Positions 39,850 through 53,091 of a DNA stretch of 64,000 nt are shown piece by piece. Origin of the DNA: Nageia nagi. Taxonomy: Eukaryota; Plantae; Pinophyta. A program made the position numbers and the translations under genes. Location: assembly GCA_050084985.1 (NCBI GenBank), contig JBITNC010000001.1, forward strand, positions 189,534,001 to 189,598,000, written 5' to 3'. Within the stretch, counting starts at the first letter, position 1. Each line of letters opens with the position of its first letter. The notes beneath the pieces were generated by a model, which saw nothing but the letters and a program-made list of their open reading frames with translations, was not told the DNA's origin and made no database searches.

Positions 39850-41469
39850 TTAATAAGCTTGCTAATGTGTTCTATGAAGGAAAAGCTTAGCAAGAAGGGT
39901 GGAGGAGAAAGAAGAATAGATATTACAATGCAAAGGGAATCCATTTCCTGAAGCATGGATCTTCTTGGAAGAGCTGAATAATGAACATGACCAATACATC
40001 AAGTCTAGAATGCAAGGGAGAGAGTTTGGAGCTGAAATTTAGAGAATTGGCGCTACTCAAAATCCTTACTAAGTCTTCATTGGCAAGGCATTGAACAAAG
40101 AAGATAATCAAGATGACCAATACATCAAGTCTAGAATGCAAGGGAGAGAATTTGGAGCTGAAATTAGGAGAATTAATCTTGGCGCTCCTCAAAATCCTCA
40201 ATAAGCCTTCATTGGAAAGATATTGACCAAAGAAGAGAAGCAAATGCTTATTGAATTATTTGAGCAATTCAAAGACATTTTGGCTTGGTCCTACAATGAT
40301 ATCAAAACATATCGCATATAGTCTTTGAGACATGATTTCTCTCAAATTTGATATCAAACCATACTCCTTAAAACAAAGAAGATTTAATCCTATGCTTGAG
40401 TGGACTATACAAGTCAAGATGAAGAAAATGCTCTAGTCTAAAATCGTATTTCCTGTAAGGATCTCAACCTGGTTTGCTGATATCGTACAAGTAAGGAAGA
40501 AGAATTGGGAGATCTGAATTCACATTGACCTCAAGAACTTGAATCAGACTTCAATTAAAGACAACTATTCACTTTCTAGGGATCATTTACTATAGGTGGT
40601 TCAGATATTATGACTTTGCTGAATGGATTTTTAGGCTATGATCAAATCTTAATTGTTGAAGAAGACAAATACACGACTGCCTTCGGTACACCATTGTGAA
40701 CATTTTCTTATGAATTGGTACCATTTGATTTGGCTAATGTTGGATGGATTTGGCTTTCAATAATTTGTTATTAAAAATCATGGTTGTTTGTATGAATGAC
40801 TTGATTTCATTTTCCAAGAAAAGGAAAGACCATGCTTATCATCTAAACATGTTTTTGAGAGATGTAGGAAGTTTGGTGTATCTCTAAACTCTAAATTTTT
40901 ACCCAAGGAAACATCCTTTTGTCATATCATTTGAAAAGAAGGGACAAGTATTGAACCTCAAAGAGTAAAAGCAACAAGTGAAATTCCACAAACATTCAAC
41001 AAAATGGCTATACAATCCTTTTTGGAAAAATCAATTTCTTACATAGGTTTGTTCCTTTACACTTTGTAGTTAAACATTCCTCACCCAAAAAGAAGTTGAA
41101 AGGACAAATAGGATGCTGGATTGCTAAGATACAAGAGTTTGACTTGGAATTGAAGCCAACCAAAATCATGAGAGATAGAGGATAATGTTAGTTAATATCT
41201 ATAGTTCAAATAAATTCTGAAGAGAATGACAAAGTTGAGCCATGTACTAGTGTTGTTCATGGATTCTACTATATTGACATAATGAATTGGTGTTTTACTT
41301 AACATATGGCAAATGTCCATCTTATTCTAATATGTATGTTCTCAAGGATGGTTTCTTGTACAAAAACATAAAGATGGAACATTACCAAGATGTGTTAGAG
41401 AAGACCAAGCTGGAATTGTTTTGGAAGAATCCATAGTGGTGTGTGCAGCAAGAAATTTCTTTGATAAGG
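39850..41469 (+). mobile_element. Gypsy (Tat/Ogre-like) pol relic with an internal ~127-bp duplication
   Basis: INLGAPQNPQ*AFIG..EEKQMLIELFEQFKDILAWSY; VRKKNWEI*IHIDLKNLN; GFLGYDQI; duplicated unit starting at about 39987 and 40114. Confidence 0.8.
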
Positions 41470-44400
41470 TGTAATGTGGATATCGTAGCCCACCCAAGAC
41501 TAAATCAATGAACAGAATAATTACTAAGTTGAGAAAATAACAACAACCAATGAAAAGAAGAAACAGGGTTGCAAACCAGTCTTTTGTAACACTAATAGAC
41601 TTGTATTTATATAATAAACAGCTGCTGATACAAGAAGATAAATCTAAGGCTACAAAGTCTCAATAAAAGAGATATAACTAACATCATAGTAGCCATACAG
41701 TGACATTATAATTACCAACAAAACAGCAGCAACGAATACCAAAAGTTTGCAGCCAAAACAGTGGAATAGAATGAAAATAACAGTCAAAATCGCAGCAGCA
41801 AATATCCATGAAATTGCAGCCACATTTGGTATACTTTTGGGTGTGAAAATGAAGCTATAAAACGTCCAAACAGCTGGAGAAACACGCCAAAGTCTGCAGC
41901 CAAGGATCCATCACTTCTCCACCACAAAACGAAGGATATTTTTTCATAAAAAAAACACATGCAAGACATCAGAAACTGCAGCTACGTTTTTCATTATGAA
42001 CCAGCCTACAAATTGAAGCAAGAACTCGTAGAATGCAGCAGAAATAGACCCAGACCAGTAAGGATGAAGAGGGCTACGAAAATAGAAAGTGGTTGCACAC
42101 AAAATGGATGCCTCACTCTGTTTTCTACAGCAGACCCCAAATGGAAGAAAACAATGAATGCTACCTATGTGCACTGCAAAAATACTTTTAAGAGAAATGG
42201 TGTAAGTTACTATACAATACAAAATGTAAGTAGCATGAGTATGGGGTGCATGAAGGGAGAGAACAGTAATTAAGTATACAACTACTCTAATATTGACAAA
42301 AAAGTTGAACTATTTTGGATCATTTTCTAACATTTCCCCCTTTGATGCAAAATGGAGAAATATCAAGTTTTGTCTTCAGCCTGGTGTGTGCTTGTTTCAG
42401 TAATTCTTTGGTCAAGATATCAGCCACTTGATTTTTAGTATTGACATACTCAACATTCATTTTGTTCTGTTGCACTAAATCCCTCACAAAATGATGTTTG
42501 AGCTCTATTTGTTTGGTCCTTGAGTGAAAAACTGGATTTTTGGACAGTTGGATTGCTCCACTATTATCATAAAAGATTTTAAGTGGCTCTTCTTGAATCT
42601 CTCCAAATCCATCAAGTATTCATTGCAATCACACTCTTTGAGTGCATGCTGAAGCGAAGGCTACATAATCAACTTCAGTGGATGACAATGCTACTATGTA
42701 TTGTTTCTTTGAACTTCAAAAGATCAATTCACTACCAAGACTGAAACAGTAGCCTGATGTAGATTTTATATCATCAATACAATCTCCTCAATCTGATTCT
42801 GTGAGCCCAATCAAACTTGTTTTCTTGGCTGATCTATAATGGATTCCATGATCACTAGTACTCTTGACATACTTGAGAATCCTCTTCATAGCTTGAAGGT
42901 TTCTTTTAGTGGGATTAGTCGTGTATCTTGATACAAGAGAAACTACAAAGGTGATATCAAGTCTTATAGATTTAAGAAACATGAGGCTACCAAACATGCT
43001 TCTATATCTTTTCTCATCAACTTTGGGACTGGCATTATCCCTCATTAGCTTCTCACCACCTGCGATGGGTTTATCAACAAGTTTGTAATCATACAATCCA
43101 AATTTCTTCAACATGTCAAGCATATACTTGGATTGGCAAATCAAGATTTCACCTTTTGATTGTTGAACGTCCATTGCAAGAAAGTATTGCATCAATCCAA
43201 GATCTATCATTTCAAACTCAGCCATCATAGTTGCCTTGAAGCTGTCTAACATGTCTTCGTAGCTACTTGCAACAATTAAATCATCAACATAAAGGAAAAC
43301 ATAAAGAGGATTAACATTTTCTATTTTCATGTACAAAGTGGGCTCATTTTTGCTTCTCACAAAGCCATTACCTAAGGACCAATTATCTATTCTTGAATAT
43401 CAAGCTCTTGGAGCTTGCATAAGACCACAGAGTGTCTTGTTCAATCTTTGCCTTCAACTTCACATCCCTGTGGTTGTTCCACATAGAACTCTTCATCCAT
43501 GACTCCATTAGGAAAAACTCTTAACATCTAGCTGACGAACTTTCCATCCTCTTTGGGTTTCTAATGCCAATAACAGTCTTATGGTGTCATGCCTTGTAAT
43601 AAGAGAATATGTCTCTTTATAATTGACACCATATGTTTGTGCAAAGCCTTTGGCAACTAATCTTGTCTTATGCCTATCAATAGTGCCATCACTATTGAAT
43701 TTGGTTTTGTGTACCCACTTGGTTCTAATGACAACTTTATCTTTTGGTGGCTGTACCAAATCCCAAGTTTCATTTCTTACTACCGATTCCATTTCTTTTT
43801 CGATTGTCTCAACCCATTCTTTACATTTTGTAGCTTCATCAAAGTTTCTAAGCTCACTTGAAATACAAGATAAAGCAAAACAAATTAATACATGAACAAC
43901 TTGATTTTCATTACCTTGCCTTGCTTGAAGTCTTGTTGTTCTCCTTTCAAAATTATGATTCAAAAGTTGTAAAGATGGATGTGAGCTTAACAACCTTTTA
44001 AACTTTCCTCATTGGGATGTAGAAGGTGAGCCACTTGATGCTGGAGTAGAAGTTGCTTCAATAGGTGTTCATGTAGTGGATTGCATGCCCTGTTCCTTTG
44101 GATTTTTCAGCCATGGAAGACCTCCTTTCTACTTTTGCAGTGATCATTATAATACCATTCTCAACAAAATTAACATCAAAGGAAATAATGGTCTTCTTAG
44201 TTTTAGGATTATAGAACTTGTATACCTTGCTTACATCATTATAACACATGAAGATATGAGGTTCACTTTTGGGATCCAATTTCTTTCTCTTTTCATCATT
44301 AACATGCACATACGCCAAGCAACTAAATACTTTAAAATGTGCGGCAATTGGTTTTTTACAATGCCAAGCTTGGTAGGGAGTTTTGTTCTTAATGGCCCTT

Positions 44401-45200
44401 ATATGACTTCTATTGATTATATAAGCAACTGTCTTCATTGCTTCACCCAATACATCCTCTCTAATCCTTGCTTTCAAGCATGCTTTTGGCTGACTCAACC
44501 ATTGTATTGTTCTTTCTTTCCACCACATCATTTTTTTGTGGTGTATAAGGTGCTGTTAGTTTCCTTTTAATGCCGTAAGAAAAACAATAGTCAAGAAACT
44601 CCTTAGAGTGAAATTCTCCCCCTCAATCCACTCTCAAATTCTTGATAGATTTTCCATTTTCATTCTCAGCCATAGCTTTGAATGTCTTGAAGGCTAAAAA
44701 AGCTTCATCTTTACTCTTCAACTAGTAAATCCAAACATATCTTTATTGCATCATCAATGAAATTGATGAAGTAAAAGCTCTTACCAATACTTGCACAAGA
44801 TATTGAACCACATAAATCAGAATGGACCAACTCCAATGGTTGACTTGCTTTCCAATTGCTAGGAGAAAACCTTTCCTTATGATGCTTTCCAATTATGTAG
44901 CCTTTGGACACTTCGTTGCTGCTTTTCACTTTCAGTTTTGATAGCTCATGTACCATTGCCTTTTGATGAAGAATATGAAGACTACCAAAGTTGAGGAGTC
45001 TATACCTCTCACACCACAACGAACTTGAATCTTCAATAGTAGCATAACATGTGCCACTGGTTGTCATATTGATTTTAAGTGAGAACATTCTAGCCTTTGT
45101 TAGAGAAGATGTGCCAATTAGCTTGTTTCCCTGCTTCTTGTAAAAAATAAGACACTCCTTTGCAAATACCAATTTGAAGCTCTTTTTTGTAATGTCCCCA
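41470..45200 (-). mobile_element. Ty1/Copia LTR retrotransposon, 5'-truncated; 3' LTR ~41470-42332
   Basis: GAG-pre-integrase/INT (LELVHSDLCG), RT (KTRLVAKGFAQTYG, LYVDDL), RH; PPT (rc TTCCCCCTT) next to the LTR start at 42332. Confidence 0.9.
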
Positions 45201-45379
45201 ATTTTGGTGTCTCACTCATTTTTGCATTGCAATGATTTTTATTTGGCTCTTGGAGTGGGAGCCCCTATTCTAGGGATCCCATGTCTAATACCATATTGAT
45301 GTTTGATATTTTGTCTATCTGCATGCACTATGGAATTCAAGAAAATTATTTCATCTTTCTTTGTTGTTTCACTAGCAGA

Positions 45380-45883
45380 TGGGTGCCACACCAGTGTTTC
45401 TGTGACAACCGGAGCACCATCTACATGACTAGTAACCCAATCTTATATGGTAGAACCAAACATGTTGATGTTTGATGTCATTTTATTGGATATGTAGTTC
45501 AATAGAATCATATTGTGTGTGACCAACAGCTGGCTAGCAGATATATTTATGAAGTCATTGATTCATAATTGTTTCATCTGACTCAGATATCTTTTTTGAG
45601 TTATTCCCAATGTTCAGTAAGGTGGGGAATGCGTTGATTTAAGGTACATTGAGTCACACGTATCATTGTAAATAAATTCTTAGTGACATATGTCTATGTT
45701 GTGTGAGACAATATGTACATATTTCTTATTGTATCCTTCCTCATATAAAAAATGTATTGGTTAGTATTGCGTCTTTTGAGAGTTGTGTATGAATAGATAA
45801 AAAGTCTTTACTCTTATCCAGATTTGAGTTTGGAGGGGTATGATCTTATCTTTCTCATATGTATTTAGCGTGCATCTCTAACA
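45380..45883 (+). mobile_element. Copia RNase H end plus PPT and short LTR fragment
   Basis: CDNRSTIYMTSNPILYGRTKHVDV; PPT AAGGTGGGGAA at about 45619-29; LTR-like sequence ending ..CTAACA at 45883. Confidence 0.7.
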
Positions 45884-47572
45884 AAGGTTGTTTGGATTCT
45901 CTTTGTAGAGTCCCATTGACCTGTTTTTGTTGCCCATGGATGTTAATAAAATTGTCCATTCTTTTCTTCCTGGTTTAATTCTAGTTGGGGCTCTGTCTAT
46001 TATTTTACATGTATAATATATTGTTTGCTGATGTAATATAATTTAGATTCTTCTCCACTGTTTTGTGTTATTATTTGCAGTGTTTACGTTCAAATGTTGC
46101 ATACTCCAGTTTTCCTTTAGACTTGCCCCCTACAATTCTGTAACACATCCTTATATGAGCTACACAGGAAGGGAAAAGTCATGAGTGGAAGATCGAAAAC
46201 AGTTCATCTCCTGTCACTTTATAAAAGATTTGACACCAATCTAAGTCCATTGATATTAAGTTGGTGTTATTATAGTTGTTGCCATGTGGATTTGATGGTT
46301 TTGCTGGAGCTTTGCACTGTGTAGGAAATCACTTTATTGAATTCTGGAAAGGGAATGGGTGAAATTGAAAGAGCTGGTAGGGTTCTGCATGTGTTAAGAA
46401 GGCTTCCATGTTATATATTTTGGGTATCATTTTTGATGTGGAATTTTAAAATGGAATACATTTACCTTTAAAGACACATAAAACATAATCCAATTAAAAT
46501 TAATAAGCTGTTACCATTAAATGACAATAAGGTAATGCTACCTTTGGGCTTGAGATTACAGATAGCAGATCTTAAAAGATTCTGAAGATCTTGGGGAAGA
46601 GCTAAATTTACTGTTTGGGTCAAAGTTTACCTTGAAGCAACATTTTTTTGGTAGACTGAAGAAAAGAAATGCTATTGTGAAAGCAATGGTGAGTTCAGAA
46701 GATCATCAATGAAACAACTTGCAGCAGGTGTAACTGTAATGTGATTTAAGAAGATGCCAAAGCATAGTTATCAGAGAGTTTGCTAATACAATTTTATACA
46801 TTGTTCACTTGGTTATATTTACAAGGTTTTAAAATATGATTTTCACAAGCCTTGACGAAACATAGGAGTTTGGCTGCTAATGAAACAAAAGTGGGAGAAC
46901 AGGGCCATCTTATAGAGGAACATGGGCAAGGAAACTTGAAGATAAAAAATTGGTTTTGTAACTTTGTTACTATTGAAAAATGTGAGGTCATAACAGCCAA
47001 ACTATGGTTGTAGACACGAAAATGTGCAAACTTTTAGCTATGTACAGTCGTATTTTAAAGGCAGTTAATAGTAGTTAAATGATATATTCCTGTTAATATG
47101 TTATAGTGTTGGAAAATATAACACTCATGTTAGTACTTAGCAGTTGTATGGACATTTACGTTAGAGAGTTCAGTTTGGTGGTGACATCAAGGCATAATCT
47201 TAAATTTTAATGTATATAAATAAACGAAGACATTGTTTTGTATGTACTCTCAATGATAAACTAATCTCTTTTATTTCACTTTTTGTGATTTGTAGCTTCC
47301 AAAATTGCTTGCTCTTTTATTCTTTTCTTATTTCTTGAAATTTAATTTTAATCTTCAAGAGATGATTGTTGGCTTAGTAATTTTTTTTAAGCTTTTTCTC
47401 TTCTTTATCTTGTAATAGCTTTTCAGGTCATGCTGATAGTGCTTTGTTCCACTTCGTGTTTACTGTATTTTAGGAGATTTCACATACATTGATTGGCCAA
47501 ATCATGAGTTACGGAGTCTTGCTGCCTCTTATATGCTTGAAATAAGATAGTTGTGAACTGTGCTTTTCTCAG

Positions 47573-47659
47573 GATGACTTCATTTTTGAGAAAAAGCTTG
47601 GAGAGGGGGCATTTGGTGTAGTTTACAAATCTTCCCTAACAAAGAAGACACGTGGAAAG
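47573..47659 (+). CDS. STN7: STN7 exon 2
   Basis: ctcAG|DDFIFEKKLGEGAFGVVYKSSLTKKTRGK|GTattg; glycine-rich loop; 87 bp. Confidence 0.95.
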
Positions 47660-48175
47660 GTATTGTCTACTGTCTAAGCCAGTTTCTAAGATCATGCAAA
47701 CAATATTTGTAATTAAACAAGGTTTTCCAACTCCAAATTGGTTTTAGTTTGGACTGCATATTTTTTATGAAATTACTTATGACCAAGCTTTGAATTTAAT
47801 TTCTCAATTCTACAAAATGCACATTCCATAGTAATTCATCTTAAGAGCATCTATATTTTTCTTCATGGATAGGGTTGTTTAATGTATCAATGTGATTGTA
47901 TTTCATTCATTTATATAATCATGGTGACTAAATGCAGTAGAAAAGTTATGGTAGCTACAAAGCATGTGAATTTTTTTGAAACGTTTGGCCTTTTTCTGCA
48001 TAAAATTTGAATAGCAGTCATAGATAATTCTGGAATGCCTTTAGAGTCTTTTAGCATTCTAGGATAAGTGTAAGTTTCGTAAATAACAAAGGCACTTTTG
48101 GTGGCATTTTATAAAATATTTGCAGATCACATGGATTGTATAAATATGTTTCCATCTCTCAACTAATGTATGCAG

Positions 48176-48295
48176 GCTGGTGCTTTAGTGGTTAAAAAAG
48201 CAACGGAATATGGTGCTGTGGAAATATGGATGAATGAACGAGTTCGTAGGGCCTGTCCCACAAGCTGTGCTGATTTTGTTCATGGCTTCATTGAG
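48176..48295 (+). CDS. STN7: STN7 exon 3
   Basis: tgcAG|AGALVVKKATEYGAVEIWMNERVRRACPTSCADFVHGFIE|GTgcat; 120 bp; includes the stromal CxxxC. Confidence 0.95.
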
Positions 48296-48448
48296 GTGCA
48301 TCATTAATTTAAAGCTTAGCATCGAAATTCTTGACCTGAGGTCATTCTTTTAGAAATATTATTTTTTGCATAGACATGTTTAAGCCAGCTTGTTTGTTTA
48401 AACTGCTAACACTAGGTACAAATGATATTTTTAAGTATCGAATTGCAG

Positions 48449-48550
48449 AGTTCAACAAAAGGCAAAGGAGATGAATATTGGCTTGTATGGCGTTATGAAG
48501 GAGATGCCACGTTAGCAGATCTTATGCAGAGCAAAGATTTCCCTTACAAT
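48449..48550 (+). CDS. STN7: STN7 exon 4
   Basis: tgcAG|SSTKGKGDEYWLVWRYEGDATLADLMQSKDFPYN|GTtggt; 102 bp. Confidence 0.93.
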
Positions 48551-48723
48551 GTTGGTATCTTATCTGAAAATTTAAATAATTGCACTTTTTTTCCACTAAA
48601 TTTATGACAGTTTCTGAAAATATTTTTGTATTCTGATCCAATTTGGGCCAGGGAAATTGTTTCTCATATAATAGGGAACTATCTAAATCAAGCTTTTGCC
48701 CTTTCATATATTGTATTCACCCA

Positions 48724-49094
48724 CCTTTTCAGAGTATTTGAACATGCAGATTTATTTTGTTGGTTATTTACATTTATTTTTTGAGGCCTAAGTCCATAAA
48801 GATACAAAATGGAGACAGTAAAGCAATTTCTGCATTGATCAGAGATGAAAACAGAATTGAATAGGTACATATAGGTCTTACAACCTGACACCATATTAGA
48901 GTTGTCAATCCCTTTTCAGAGTCTTTGAATGTGCAGATTTATGTTGTTAGATATTTACACTTTAATGTTTTGAGGCCAAGTCCATAAAGATACAAAATGG
49001 AGACAGTAAGGAAATGCCTGCGTTGATCAGAGATGAAAACAGAATTGGACAAGTACATATAGGTCTTACAACCTAATACGATATTAGAGTTGTC
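48724..49094. repeat. 187-bp tandem duplication in intron 4
   Basis: CCTTTTCAGAGT...ATTAGAGTTGTC starting at 48724 and 48911. Confidence 0.9.
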
Positions 49095-49429
49095 TATACA
49101 AGGAGAATTCGATACACTATATATGTTCACATATACAGTTGCATAAGCAAGCCGTCATAATCCAGGATAAAAAAGGTCCATATTTGAATTTTGCTTTTGA
49201 TTCTGTTGGAAATAATCTTTACTTCGGGAATGTATTTTGTCTTTTTGTTGAACATGAAAGTTCTTTTCTGAAGAATTTTGAGATTCCCATCATCCCACAT
49301 TGTATTAGATGTTGTAATATATTGATGGTAATATATTAGATTCCAGTCATCCGAGATTTACATCAATTTTCCATATTTTTGGTGCCATATTTGTGTTACT
49401 CCATATTTTTTAAAATTAAGCTTTAGGTC

Positions 49430-52400
49430 AATGTATAGTCCAACTCTTTTGAGCAGCCAAGGAAAACACCATTCTCACAGTTTCTTGCCTAGCTACAGAC
49501 GCAAAAGTTTCTTCATAATCAAGTCCATATCTTTGTGTGAATCATTTAGCCACAAGCCTAGCCTTGTGTCTCTCAATGTTACAATCACTATGATACTTAG
49601 TCTTATAGACCTATTTGGAACCTACACATTCCTTTAGCTTGTGTAGTTCTACAAACTCCCAAGTGTCATTCTATTCAATAGAATTGATCTCCTCTTTCAT
49701 TGCTTGCATCCAAACATCATTAAAATAGGCTTCTTGAAAGCATGAAAGTTCTAAATCAACAATAGTCATCAAAGCATAAATAACAACATCACCTTCATCT
49801 TCATCACCATACATGTGTATCTTCTCAAGTATTTGAACAACTTGAGTCAATTTCTTGAGCTTGACCTCTAGTAATTCTTCTATGGAAATTGTTGTCCAAA
49901 ACCTGAGTAAGAGGATGAATTTAAAGTGTCTTTTTTCCCCTTTTTGTCTTCATCAAATCTGAAAGATATTTGGAGAATCATCACTTGAAAGGGACTTGAA
50001 GTGCTTTGTTTGGGACTGTTTGAAGGGCTGGTTGGTGGACTTGGTTGAACTATTTGTAGGATGGACTGCATACTTGGAGAATTTCCACCACTCTACCATT
50101 ATCAACATAAAGTTTTTGATTACCATATACTCCCCCTTTATCAAAAATCACATCTCTAGACACCATCAATTTGTGAGTTTTTGGGTTATAAAGCCTATAG
50201 GCCTTAGTGTTCTCATAGTAGCCAATAAAAATACATGCTTCACTCTTAGGATCAAGCTTCTTCCTAAGTTCATCAGCCACATGTGCATAAGCCAAACTAC
50301 CAAAAACTTTGAAGTGGTTAACAATGGTCTTCTTTTCATACCAAGCTGCTAATAGGACTCCTATTCAAAATATAGACTGCTTTTCAGACTGCATCAGCCC
50401 AATTATATATTGCTCAAGCCCTTGAATTGCAACATACTCCTTGCCATCTCAACAATAGTTCTAATTTTTCTTTTAGTCACTCCATTTTGTTGTGGGGTAT
50501 ATGTAATAGTGAGTTGCTTTTTAATACCATTATCTTTGCAAAATTGGGCAAAATCATTAGAGCAAAACTCCCTACCACGGTCAGTCCTTAAACATTTAAG
50601 GTTGCAACCACTTTGATTCTTAACAAGATTCTTAAAATCTTTGAAACAAGTAAATGCTCTGTTATTATGTTTCAAGAAGTAAACCCAACACATTCTTGAA
50701 TAGTCATCAATAAAGGTAAGAAAATAAGAGTTCTGAACTAGGCTCATGGTTTGCATTGGTACACCTATATTAGAATGAACCAATTGAAGTGGATATGAGG
50801 CCCTCCATGCTTTTCTGTTAGGAAAATTCTATCTAGCATGTTTACCCAATGCACACCCATCACAAACATCTTTATGCTCCTCTACTTTTGGGAAACCATA
50901 AACCATTTCTTGACAAGTTAGCAGTCTCAAACTTGCAAAATTCAAATGACCATACCTGAGATGCCACAACCAACTCTTGTTTTCAACAACCACATTAGCA
51001 AGACCGCCCCTTTGTCCTTCAAACTTCAAAGGGAACAATTTGTTGTTGGTCATAGGAATTGTAGTAACAATTCTATTTCCTTTGCTCTTATCATAAATAA
51101 TGCACTTTCTATCCTCTAAAACTATCTTGTAGGGCTTTTCACAAGCTTCTATAAATTCAATAAATTATGCTTCAAATTTGGTACGTAATAGATGTCATGA
51201 ACATTTTTCTTACCTTCTTTTGTGTTCACTTCCATTACACCTTTGGTGGTCACCTCCAAAGAGTTGTTATCTTCAAGCTTGATATTGGTTTTGAACGAAT
51301 GATCCAAGGAAGAAAACAAATCCCCTTCTTTTCATATGATTGGAACATCCAGAATCAAGAGTCCAAGTTTCTTGAAGATTGTATCAACCTTATTATGATA
51401 AGAATAAATTTTGATCAACAATATCTTCTTCAACATAGTTTATAGTCCTGCCTTCATTACCAAGCTTCAATCTACATTCTCTCTCAAAATGCTCATACTT
51501 CTTGCAATGGTAACATTGCAAATTCCTTTTATTGTCTCTACTTTTTCCTTTGCTAGCTACACCACCTCTTCTACCGCCTCTTCCTCTAGAAGAATTATGA
51601 TCTCTTCCTTGATCTTGCTCTTTTCTTTTTCCACTAGAACTTGCTTCAGTTACCTTATAAGAAAACTCCTTCTCATCAACACTACCAATGGTTTCTCTTA
51701 GCCTCTGCGCATGAGACATAAGAGACCCTATTAATTGATCAAACTCAAGAGTGGATAGATCTTTACTTTCCTCAATGATATTAGCTACATGATTTCATTT
51801 GGAGGTGAGTGTGCTCAACAGTTTCTAAACAACCACCACCTTCTCCACTTCTTCTCCAAGAGTTGCCATTTTATTGATACCAACCTTCACCCTTACACAA
51901 TAATCACCAACACTCTCAACTTCTTGCATTCTCAGATTTTCAAATTCTCTCGTTAGAGTTTGTAGCTTCACTTACTTAACTTGGTCACTCCCTTGGTAAC
52001 CATTTTGCAATGCCTTCCATGCATCTACAAATGTTATACAACCATCCTTGGAAAAATCCTTTTATCCAACGTAGATTGTACATGGTAAAGTGCCAAGCAA
52101 TTTTTCTTTTGAGCTTCCTTTCTTTTTTGTCTATGTTGCTGCTCCAAGTGTGCTCAAGTCTGCTGGTTGTGCATAATCATCTTCTACAATATCCGAAGGA
52201 CCTTTGCCCATCAACAAAGTCTTCATCTTAATGCTCCAGTACTCATAATCAACTCCATCAAACTTAGGGATAGGAAGGAAGTTGGTGTTATTGGCCATTG
52301 CGCCACAAGCAATAAGGAACCTATAATGGACATCAAGAAACAACTTGGGTAAATTGTAAGAAGGACCACAAACTTTCTCTAACTCTTTAACTGTACTAAA

Positions 52401-53091
52401 CTTTGATACCAAATGAAGATTATAACATAAATCACATAGAAGACTGAAGCAAAATCCGAATTGTGATAAAACATAGACAAGAATGAAGCAAAATGCATAA
52501 TTGTGAGAAATATAGACAAGAACGAAGCAAAAAGAAAAATTGTGATAAACACAAATGAGAACAAAGTAGAATGCAAAACTGTGATAATCACATACAAGAG
52601 CGAAGCAAAATGCAAAACTGCGATAAACACATACAAGAATAAAGCAGAGTGCATAACTGTAATAAAACACAGACAAGAGATGCAACAAAGAGAATCTGAG
52701 TTGCCAGAAATGGATGAATTTTATATTGCTGGAATCTATATGAGGAAAGCTATCCAATAACATGCCATACACAAGGAAAGGAGCTATTAACCATAAGATA
52801 CAAGCTGCAAAAGTTATCAGTTTTCTTTGTTAGAAAAAACTAAAGTGTACAGCCAAAAACAACTCAGAAGCTTGGGAAAGTAACTTTCTCTATTCCAATC
52901 TATGCCAATCCATTACACAAGATTTACAATAATGTTTTTACTCTATTCTACCCTAATACAAAGATTCTAAAGTTGTTACAAACTGAAATATTCATATAGT
53001 TACATATTCTTTTATTCTACAATTACAAAGTAAGAGACAAATTTGTTTTGCTGAATTGGAAATGCCACATGGTCAGCCTCATATTCCAACA
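49430..53091 (-). mobile_element. Ty1/Copia LTR retrotransposon, 3'-truncated in RT; 5' LTR 52414-53091
   Basis: PBS (rc CTTTGATACCA) at 52401-11; gag LPIPKFDGVDYEYWSIKMK; knuckle CYHCKKYEHFEREC; protease WFLDS; INT FIDDYSRMCWVYFLK..LRTDRG; ~39-bp repeats in the LTR. Confidence 0.92.

Noticed and set aside
41784-42273. ORFs of 61-104 aa in intron 1
   Set aside because: They lie inside the Copia LTR and have no protein motifs.
46150-46800. Possible captured gene fragment or extra STN7 exon
   Set aside because: No recognisable homology; exons 1 and 2 already join in frame into the expected sequence (RPSYRK-DDF).
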